A program made the translations under genes and the position numbers. Positions 33,901 through 43,461 of a stretch of DNA of 43,461 nt are shown piece after piece. Origin of the DNA: Macrostomum lignano (Eukaryota); assembly GCA_002269645.1 (NCBI GenBank), contig NIVC01004519.1, positions 1 through 43,461 of the forward strand. Direction: 5' to 3'. The first letter of the stretch is position 1. Every line of letters begins with the position of its first letter. The notes beneath the pieces were generated by a model that saw nothing but the letters and a program-made list of their open reading frames with translations, did not search any database and was not told the origin of the DNA.

Positions 33901-34535
33901 TGGAATGATTTCTTTTTGCATTGCACTTCCTTTGAGTATTTTGTCTGTTTTCTTTGCGAAGGCTTTTTTGGCTATCTTTTTGTTACTTGTAGAGAACAGA
34001 GGTTCTATACAGATGTCCCCCAACGGGGGGCGAAGATTGCTAGTCCTATATACTAAAAATGTGATCTCTATATATATATATATATGTGATAGATTAGAGA
34101 AAAAATGGCTGGACCGATTTTGTTCGAACTTGCACTGTTCGATCAGAAATTTTCCCGTGACGGTACATGCATCGTGGATAAGAAATTGCTCAATGCTAAA
34201 GGCATTAAATATTCGAAAAACATGCTTTTTTGCAAAGGTCAAGCAAACTTTTCGACTTGAAATGCATTGTAAGAATGCTAGAGAAAAAACTGACTGGTTG
34301 AATTTTAATTCTGAAATAGATTGCATCATAACTGAATTGTAACTCCGACTTGAATTGAAAATGCAGTGTGGAAGCGTAGCACCAGACTTGATTTAAATTG
34401 CGTAACCATATTGTTAACTGATACTGACTGACTGAGAAACTGATTATGTCATAACTGCTTCGTGTGATTTACTCTATGCTTGGATTTAAAAGTGTTGAGT
34501 TATATAAGTGCAAAAGTTGATGTTATCAAAACGAT

Positions 34536-34610
34536 GAGAGCTAGCCTAAAGGTGAACAAACTGAACTGCTAAATGCAGTGACGATGGTTTGAATTTTCGA
34601 TGGTTTGAAT
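34536..34610 (+). pseudogene. Degenerate tRNA-like cassette in Helitron unit 3
   Basis: GAGAGCTAGCCTAAAGG, CTGAACTGCTAAATGCAG, duplicated GGTTTGAATT (mutated B box). Confidence 0.5.
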
Positions 34611-34669
34611 TTGAGTATAATTTTTTTAATTAAAGCTTTTCAACGTCAGGAAAACTAAAAGACTTTTTA

Positions 34670-37600
34670 AAAAGAAGCGTCATATAAAAATCGTAGAAGC
34701 GTCATGTAAACAATCATAAAAGCGTCATGTAAAAAATCGTAGAAGCGTCATGTAAAAAATCTTAGAAGCGTCATGTAAACAATCATAGAAGCGTCATGTA
34801 AACAATCATAGAAGCGTCATGTAAAAAATCGTAGAAGCGTCATGTAAAAAATCTTAGAAGCGTCATGTAAACAATCATAGAAGCGTCATGTAAACAATCT
34901 TAAAAGCGTAATGTAAAAAATCATAGAAGCGTCATGTTAACAATCATAGAAGCGTCATGTAAACAATCATAGAAGCGTCATGTAAAAATCATAGAAGCGT
35001 CATATAAAAATCGTAGAAGCGTCATGTAAACAATCATAGAAGCGTCATGTAAAAAATCATAGAAGCGTCATGTAAAAAATCATAGAAGCGTCATATAAAA
35101 ATCGTAGAAGCGTCATGTAAACAATCATAAAAGCGTCATGTAAAAAATCGTAGAAGCGTCATGTAAAAAATCTTAGAAGCGTCATGTAAACAATCATAGA
35201 AGCGTCATGTAAACAATCATAGAAGCGTCATGTAAACAATCATAGAAGCGCCATGTAAAAAATCATAGAAGCGTCATGTAAACAATCATAGAAGCGTCAT
35301 GTAAAAAATCATAGAAGCGTCATGTAAAAAATCATAGAAGCGTCATATAAAAATCGTAGAAGCGTCATGTAAACAATCATAAAAGCGTCATGTAAAAAAT
35401 CGTAGAAGCGTCATGTAAAAAATCTTAGAAGCGTACTGTAAACAATCATAGAAGCGTCATGAAAACAATCATAGAAGCGTCATGTAAAAAATCGTAGAAG
35501 CGTCATGTAAAAAATCTTAGAAGCGTCATGTAAACAATCATAGAAGCGTCATGTAAACAATCATAGAAGCGTCATGTAAACAATCATAGAAGCGTCATGT
35601 AAAAAATCATAGAAGCGTACTGTAAACAATCATAGAAGCGTCATGTAAAAAATCATAGAAGCGTACTGTAAACAATCATAGAAGCGTCATGTAAACAATC
35701 ATAGAAGCGTCATGTAAACAATCATAGAAGCGCCATGTAAAAAATCATAGAAGCGTCATGTAAACAATCATAGAAGCGTCATGTAAACAATCATAGAAGC
35801 GTCATTTAAAAAATCATAGAAGCGTCATGTAAAAAATCATAGAAGCGTCATGTAAACAATCATAGAAGCGTCATGTAAAAAATCATAGAAGCGTACTGTA
35901 AACAATCATAGAAGCGTCATGTAAACAATCATAGAAGCGTCATGTAAACAATCATAGAAACGTCATATAAAAATCATAGAAGCGTCATGTAAACAATCAT
36001 AGAAGCGTACTGTAAACAATCTTAGAAGCGTCATATAAAAATCGTAGAAGCGTCATGTAAACAATCATAGAAGCGTCATTTAAAAAATCATAGAAGCGTC
36101 ATGTAAACAATCATAGAAGCGTCATGTAAACAATCATAGAAGCGTCATGTAAACAATCATAGAAGCGTCATGTAAAAAATCATAGAAGCGTCATGTAAAA
36201 AATCATAGAAGCGTCATATAAAAATCGTAGAAGCGTCATGTAAACAATCATAAAGCGTCATGTAAAAATCGTAGAAGCGTCATGTAAAAAATCATAGAAG
36301 CGTCATGTAAACAATCATAGAAGCGTCATGTAAACAATCATAGAAGCGTCATGTAAAAATCATAGAAGCGTCATGTAAAAAATCATAGAAGCGTCATGTA
36401 AACAATCATAGAAGCGTCATGTAAAAATCATAGAAGCGTCATGTAAACAATCATAGAAGCGTCATGTAAAAAATCATAGAAGCGTCATGTAAACAATCAT
36501 AGAAGCGTCATGTAAAAAATCATAGAAGCGTCATGTAAAAAATCATAGAAGCGTCATGTAAAAATCGTAGAAGCGTCATGTAAACAATCATAGAAGCGTC
36601 ATGTAAAAAATCGTAGAAGCGTCATGTAAAAATCATAGAAGCGTCATGTAAACAATCATAGAAGCGTCATGTAAACAATCATAGAAGCGTCATGTAAAAA
36701 ATCATAGAAGCGTCATGTAAAAAATCATAGAAGCGTCATGTAAACAATCATAGAAGCGTCATGTAAACAATCATAGAAGCGTCATGTAAACAATCATAGA
36801 AGCGTCATGTAAAAATCATAGAAGCGTCATGTAAACAATCATAGAAGCGTCATGTAAACAATCATAGAAGCGTCATGTAAAAATCATAGAAGCGTCATGT
36901 AAACAATCATAGAAGCGTCATGTAAACAATCATAGAAGCGTCATTAAAAAATCATAGAAGCGTCATGTAAAAATCATAGAAGCGTCATGTAAACAATCAT
37001 AGAAGCGTCATGTAAAAAATCATAGAAGCGTCATGTAAACAATCATAGAAGCGTCATGTAAACAATCATAGAAGCGTCATGTAAACAATCATAGAAGCGT
37101 CATATAAAAATCATAGAAGCGTCATGTAAACAATCATAGAAGCGTCATGTAAACAATCATAGAAGCGTCATATAAAAATCATAGAAGCGTCATGTAAACA
37201 ATCATAGAAGCGTCATTAAAAATCATAGAAGCGTCATGTAAACAATCATAGAAGCGTCATGTAAACAATCATAGAAGCGTCATGTAAACAATCATAGAAG
37301 CGTCATGTAAAAAATCATAGAAGCGTCATGTAAAAAATCATAGAAGCGTCATATAAAAATCGTAGAAGCGTCATGTAAACAATCATAAAGCGTCATGTAA
37401 AAAATCGTAGAAGCGTCATGTAAACAATCATAGAAGCGTCATGTAAACAATCATAGAAGCGTCATGTAAAAATCATAGAAGCGTCATGTAAAAAATCGTA
37501 GAAGCGTCATGTAAACAATCATAGAAGCGTCATGTAAACAATCATAGAAGCGTCATGTAAACAATCATAGAAGCGTCATGTAAAAAATCATAGAAGCGTC

Positions 37601-39950
37601 ATGTAAACAATCATAGAAGCGTCATGTAAAAAATCATAGAAGCGTCATGTAAAAAATCATAGAAGCGTCATGTAAAAATCGTAGAAGCGTCATGTAAACA
37701 ATCATAAAGCGTCATGTAAAAAATCGTAGAAGCGTCATGTAAAAAATCTTAGAAGCGTCATGTAAACAATCATAGAAGCGTCATGAAAACAATCATAGAA
37801 GCGTCATGTAAAAAATCGTAGAAGCGTCATGTAAAAAATCTTAGAAGCGTCATGTAAACAATCATAGAAGCGTCATGTAAACAATCATAGAAGCGTCATG
37901 TAAACAATCATAGAAGCGTCATGTAAAAAATCATAGAAGCGTCATGTAAGCAATCATAGAAGCGTCATGTAAAAAATCATAGAAGCGTCATGTAAACAAT
38001 CATAGAAGCGTCATGTAAACAATCATAGAAGCGTCATGTAAACAATCATAGAAGCGTCATGTAAAAATCATAGAAGCGTCATGTAAACAATCATAGAAGC
38101 GTCATGTAAACAATCATAGAAGCGTCATGTAAAAATCATAGAAGCGTCATGTAAAAATCATAGAAGCGTCATGTAAACAATCATAGAAGCGTCATGTAAA
38201 AAATCATAGAAGCGTCATGTAAACAATCATAGAAGCGTCATGTAAACAATCATAGAAGCGTCATGTAAACAATCATAGAAGCGTCATGTAAAAAATCATA
38301 GAAGCGTCATGTAAAAAATCATAGAAGCGTCATGTAAACAATCATAGAAGCGTCATGTAAACAATCATAGAAGCGTCATGTAAACAATCATAGAAGCGTC
38401 ATGTAAAAAATCATAGAAGCGTCATGTAAACAATCATAGAAGCGTCATGTAAAAAATCATAGAAGCGTCATGTAAAAAATCATAGAAGCGTCATATAAAA
38501 ATCGTAGAAGCGTCATGTAAACAATCATAAAGCGTCATGTAAAAAATCATAGAAGCGTCATGTAAAAATCATAGAAGCGTATGTAAACAATCATAGAAGC
38601 GTCATGTAAACAATCATAGAAGCGTCATGTAAAAAATCGTAGAAGCGTCATGTAAAAAATCTAGAAGCGTCATGTAAACAATCATAGAAGCGTCATGTAA
38701 ACAATCATAGAAGCGTCATGTAAACAATCATAGAAGCGTCATGTAAAAAATCATAGAAGCGTCATGTAAAAATCATAGAAGCGTCATGTAAAAATCATAG
38801 AAGCGTCATGTAAACAATCATAGAAGCGTCATGTAAACAATCATAGAAGCGTCATGTAAACAATCATAGAAGCGTCATGTAAAAATCATAGAAGCGTCAT
38901 GTAAACAATCATAGAAGCGTCATGTAAACAATCATAGAAGCGTCATGTAAAAAATCATAGAAGCGTCATGTAAAAATCATAGAAGCGTCATGTAAACAAT
39001 CATAGAAGCGTCATGTAAAAAATCATAGAAGCGTCATGTAAAAATCATAGAAGCGTCATGTAAACAATCATAGAAGCGTCATGTAAACAATCATAGAAGC
39101 GTCATATAAAAATCATAGAAGCGTCATGTAAACAATCATAGAAGCGTCATGTAAAAATCATAGAAGCGTCATGTAAAAATCATAGAAGCGTCATGTAAAC
39201 AATCATAGAAGCGTCATTAAAAATCATAGAAGCGTCATGTAAACAATCATAGAAGCGTCATGTAAAAATCATAGAAGCGTCATGTAAAAATCATAGAAGC
39301 GTCATGTAAAAATCATAGAAGCGTCATGTAAAAATCATAGAAGCGTCATGTAAAAATCATAGAAGCGTCATGTAAACAATCATAAAGCGTCATGTAAAAA
39401 ATCTAGAAGCGTCATGTAAAAATCATAGAAGCGTCATGTAAAAATCATAGAAGCGTCATGTAAACAATCATAGAAGCGTCATGTAAAAAATCATAGAAGC
39501 GTCATGTAAAAAATCGTAGAAGCGTCATGTAAACAATCATAGAAGCGTCATGTAAAAAATCATAGAAGCGTCATGTAAACAATCATAGAAGCGTCATGTA
39601 AAAATCATAGAAGCGTCATGTAAACAATCATAGAAGCGTCATGTAAACAATCATAGAAGCGTCATGTAAACAATCATAGAAGCGTCATGTAAAAATCATA
39701 GAAGCGTCATGTAAAAATCATAGAAGCGTCATGTAAAAATCATAGAAGCGTCATGTAAACAATCATAGAAGCGTCATGTAAAAAATCATAGAAGCGTCAT
39801 GTAAAAATCATAGAAGCGTCATGTAAAAATCATAGAAGCGTAAAAAAATCATAGAAGCGTCATGTAAACAATCATAGAAGCGTCATGTAAAGTAGAAGCG
39901 TCATGTAAAAATCATAGAAGCGTCATGTAAAAAATCATAGAAGCGTCAAA
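34670..39950 (+). repeat. 23-bp satellite (AGAAGCGTCATGTAAA(C/A)AATCAT)n, ~5.3 kb
   Basis: About 230 highly similar copies; two main variants and recurrent variant blocks. Confidence 0.97.
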
Positions 39951-40059
39951 CTAAGAAAGTGTCATTTAAAAAATTAAGAAGCGTCATAGAATAAAAGAAG
40001 TCATGTCAGACATGAAGGGTTCATGTAAAAATTAAATGCAACTATAATGCTGTGCTGGG

Positions 40060-41050
40060 GAGAAAAACTGAGACGTCAAGGCTCTCAGAGAATAACTGAG
40101 ATTACGGGGGGGGGTTTCTGAGATGTCAAAGCAAAAGTCAGAAGCTACTTCAAAGTTCATGTACTTTACTCCATTTTTTTATTGCATTCTTTGTTGGCTC
40201 GTCACGGGGGGGGCGCTGATAGAAGAAAAGTCATGTAAAAAATAAAAGTAGCACTATGTATACATAAAAGAAAAGTCATGTCGAAGTTAAAAGATTCATT
40301 TGGGAATTGCTACGATGTCAAAGCTTGGTGGAAATCGTTATAGTGCTGTGATTCTTAAAGAAAGAATCACTAAAATGTTAAGGCTTAGGGGAGAAGAATT
40401 GCTGAGATTTCAACGCTTTAGGTTGGGTTAAAGTTAGGTTTAGGTCAGGTGTGGGTTGAGGGTTATATTTTATCGGGTTTCAAGGTTAACAGGGGATTTT
40501 TTAGATTTCAAGGTTTATGGGGGCCATTGCTGACATGTCAAGGCTTACGGGGGGAATAGCTGAGATGTCAAGGCTCACGGGGGTATAAATGAGATTTCAA
40601 GGCTAAAGTCAGAAGCTACATGTAGTTTATTGAAAACTTTTTATTACATTATTTGATGCCTCCTCAGGGGAGGGATCGCTGATAAAAAAGCGTAATGTAA
40701 AAAATAAAAGAAGCTTCATGTCGAAGTTAAGAGATTCATTTGGGAATCCCTACGATGTTGAGGCTTGCAAGGAATCGCAATAATGCTGTAGTAGTGCTAT
40801 AATGACTCTTAGGGAGAATTACTGAAATTTCAATGCTTTAGGGTTAGGTTAGGGTTAGGGTTAGGGTTAGGGTTAGGGTTAGGCTAGGGTTAGGGTTAGA
40901 AGGTTGACAGATATTTTTAGATTTCCAAGGCTTATTGGGGCATTGCTGAGATGTCAAGGGGGGAAGTTGATATGTTAAAGCTTGTGGGGGGATAACTGAC
41001 ATGTCAAGGCTTACAAGGTTTGACAGGAGATTTTTTAAGATTTCAAGGAT
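40060..41050 (+). repeat. CTGAGATGTCAAGG-family repeats with a ~470-bp internal duplication
   Basis: ~40130-40500 resembles ~40605-40920 (AAGTCAGAAGCTAC...TCATGTCGAAGTTAA.AGATTCATTTGGGAAT...). Confidence 0.75.
40838..40899 (+). repeat. Interstitial telomeric repeat (TTAGGG), about 10 units
   Basis: Read directly; a degenerate sister tract lies at ~40418-40465. Confidence 0.92.
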
Positions 41051-41074
41051 ACATGTAGCTTATTAAAAAACTGT

Positions 41075-41560
41075 TCAATTGAAATTTTTCCGTCATTTGG
41101 CTAAGAAATTGCTCCCCAACGGGATTAAATTGAAAAACTGCTTTTTTGCAAAGGTCAAGCAGCTCCACTTGAAATGCATAAGAATGCTAGCAGACTGACT
41201 AAAAATGGTCTGTCGGTATATATGTGTGTGTGTGTGTGTGATCGATTTTAGCAAAAGCGCAGTACTGAATTTATATTACGTAACCATATTGTTAACTTTC
41301 ATAGACACTGGTACTGACTTGCCTAAGAAATTGATTATGTTTGCTTCGTGTGACTTTTTACTTGCACTAAGACAATCAATATTAAAAATACACGGATAAA
41401 TATTCGACGGCCAAAGCTTTACATCAAAGGCAAGCAGCTTCTTTCACTGAGAATGAAGCATTGTAGCAGAGAGCTGCAATTGTTCTGGGGCAGAAAAACT
41501 GACTGGTTGAATTCTGATTGTGGGAGGCTTTTGACTGATCGAAAGATTCATCACAATACA
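41075..41560 (+). mobile_element. Degenerate fragments of the Helitron-like head (fourth copy)
   Basis: TGGCTAAGAAATT, TTTGCAAAGGTCAAGC, AAGAATGCTAG, CGTAACCATATTGTTAACT and AAAAACTGACTGGTTGAATT shared with units 2 and 3; (TG)n. Confidence 0.6.
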
Positions 41561-41565
41561 CTTTA

Positions 41566-43085
41566 GTGGTGGACGTCTGTGTACTGGCTGAATTTGACAC
41601 ATTCATCACCGGGCAGAAGAACGAGATATTCGAGAGGAGGGAATTCTGGCTACGAAATCAAGCAGAAGGTGAGAGCTTCAATGATTGGTACGTGTCCATC
41701 AAAGAAATCTCGTCCAGGTGCAACTTCGAGCGATGCTGTGACGGGTGCGCCGAATACCAGCTCAGAGACAGAATTGTCATGGGACTTCGCGACCCCAGCA
41801 CTGTAGAGAAGTTGCTAGAGGAAGGCAGTGAGCTAACGCTGGAGAGAGCAAAGACCATTTGTGAGTCGATGGAGAGTTCGAGGAAAAACTGCGCCATAAT
41901 GAAGGGCGAGACACCGACCGTCTCCGCTGTGCGACACGCGTCAAGCTACCGGAAGGCCAAGCGGACTGGAGCAGCGGAGAATCGACAGGCAGGAAGACCT
42001 GTTCAACAGAGCCGGGCGAAACATCCTGGTCAAGCCTGCAAGTTCTGCGGACGAGAGCACGAGGTCGGCAAAGAGAAATGTCCGGCCTGGGGGAAGTCGT
42101 GCACAAAGTGCGGCAAGCTCAACCATTTCGCTAAGCAGTGCAGAAGTGGACAGTCAGCCAAGCACGGCGAGAGAGTCCACTCAATTTTCGCCGCAACTGG
42201 CGCACAAGGGACCTCAGCATGCTGTGTGGAGGTAAAAATTCGCACCCCTGACGGAACAAAGACCATCGCCGCCTTACCGGACACAGGCGCTTTCATAGAT
42301 GCCATCCCTGAGAGCTTGATGCCTATAGTAGGAGCAGATATGAACAACCTACATCCGTCAGACATCAAACCCAAGGCAGTCGACGGCCGGCTTTTAAAAG
42401 CCAAGGGCTCGATTCAGCTGCAAGTATCCATGGGTGAGACTGAGCTGCAGCGTACGTTTCACGTCCTCAGCGGAATATCCATCATGATTCTATCAAGAGA
42501 AGCGTGTCGTGATCTGGGTATCATTCCAAGAAACTTTCCAAAGCAAATCGTGGCAAGCATGAATCAGCACGATACCAACGCTAGCACAGAGGAGGACCTA
42601 AAAAAAGAGTTTTCGGACGTGTTCACCGGAAAAGTTGGCAGAATGGCTGGTGAGATGTTCAGAATTAAACTATCAGCGGACGCAAAGCCGTTTGCCATTT
42701 CGACCCCGAGAAGAATTGCGGAACCGCTCAAGTTACAGCTCAAGAAGGAACTGGAGGATCTCGAGCGAGATGGGATCATAGCAAAGGTCACAAAGCCTAC
42801 GGAATGGTGTGCGCCGATCACCGTGCAGCCAAAGAAAGGCCAGAGCAAGATAAGAATGTGCGTCGACCTACGGTGCTTAAACAAATACGTCATCGAGAGC
42901 GCTACGTCAGCCAAACGCCATTTGAAGTTGTGTCAAGTGTACACAAGGGCGCAAGGTTCTTCACAACCGTTGATGCCACGAAAGGATACCACCAAGTGCC
43001 ACTGGATGACGCGTCACAAATACTGACAACTTTTATCACACCATTCGGACGGTACAAGTTCCTACGTGCCCCCTTTGGACTGTCG
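41566..43085 (+). mobile_element. Ty3/gypsy LTR retrotransposon gag-pol fragment (Mag-lineage-like), truncated at both ends
   Basis: Gag LRDRIVMGL and LTLERA, two Cys/His knuckles (CKFCGREH...C, CTKCGKLNHFAKQC), protease DTG, RT start (EWCAP, IRMCVDLRCLN, DATKGYHQVPL, TFITPFGRYKFLRAPFGLSS); -1 frameshift near 42894; no LTR seen. Confidence 0.92.
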
Positions 43086-43458
43086 TCAGTAGTAATATAC
43101 GGTACAAAATTCCAAGCAAACCGTTCTCATAATTCAAACCATTTAACCCTTTATCAGTGTGAAATGGGCTCGTTTTCCCTTCATTATCGCTCGTCTTCAC
43201 TTCGCTCAACTCGCTTCGCTCATCCTCGCTTCATTTCGGTCAATCTCCCCATTTCACACTTACAATGATTAATTCGCATTGAATTCTGAGAATACGCTCT
43301 CGTCGTTCGCTTCGGTTTGCTGGCAATTTTGTACCACACCCAAACACTTCCAACTCTTCCAACTCTTCCAATTCTTCTAACACTTCCAACTCTCCCTAAC
43401 ACTCTATAACCCCAGCCCGCGCCACAGGCGCGAAGGGTCTCTTTCTGTTACTAAAAAT
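43085..43458 (+). mobile_element. DINE-1/HINE-like element, copy 2, truncating the gypsy RT
   Basis: Homologous to 25357-25674; internal inverted repeat 43101-43168 vs 43248-43335; (ACTCTTCCA)n; hairpin CGCGCC-ACA-GGCGCG at 43418-43432. Confidence 0.65.
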
Positions 43459-43461
43459 AGA

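Larger units (their letters stand above)
29783..34043 (+). mobile_element. Non-autonomous Helitron-like unit 2
   Basis: Starts TCCTATATACTAAAAATG immediately after the unit 1 CTAG; conserved head; ends with hairpin GTCCCCC-AAC-GGGGGGC and CTAG at 34040-34043. Confidence 0.82.
34044..41050 (+). mobile_element. Non-autonomous Helitron-like unit 3 (3' end not found)
   Basis: Starts TCCTATATACTAAAAATG after the unit 2 CTAG; (TA)n; head closely similar to unit 2; right boundary approximate. Confidence 0.7.

Noticed and set aside
29835-34329. Similar minus-strand ORFs 29835-30104 and 33877-34329
   Set aside because: Similarity reflects the repeated Helitron head; no Rep/helicase motifs
9636-34610. 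tRNA-like sequences as functional tRNA genes
   Set aside because: Acceptor stems do not pair and all sit in SINE or Helitron contexts
1-39950. Regular short repeats that could be mistaken for CRISPR arrays
   Set aside because: Units are directly adjacent with no unique spacers, there are no cas genes, and the context is eukaryotic
42880-42900. Programmed ribosomal frameshift in gypsy pol
   Set aside because: Falls inside the RT domain with no slippery heptamer; same -1 lesion type as in the host genes

Overview
Eukaryotic (animal) genomic DNA; no prokaryotic operon, rRNA or CRISPR features. GC-rich exons, AT-rich introns packed with minisatellites and TTAGGG tracts resemble a free-living flatworm such as Macrostomum (inference only). 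The first ~13 kb holds three intron-containing genes reconstructed by hand: SMN (minus, 2 exons), a divergently transcribed EndoU ribonuclease (plus), and RUNDC1 (minus, 5 exons). Each needs at least one single-base (-1) frameshift correction, probably long-read consensus error. From 14.5 to 25.7 kb is a transposon stack: a decayed mariner, an RT-deleted RNase H-bearing LINE with target-site duplications and two inverted hAT MITEs inside it, another MITE, a Mutator-like foldback and a DINE-1/HINE-like element. From 25.9 to 41.4 kb is the most unusual structure: a head-to-tail chain of diverged non-autonomous Helitron-like units joined at exact hairpin-CTAG|TC junctions. Each unit carries a tRNA-like Pol III cassette and has amplified different satellites from apparently shared seed motifs. 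The window ends with a truncated Ty3/gypsy gag-pol cut by a second HINE-like copy. No database searches were run; family assignments rest on recognised motifs.
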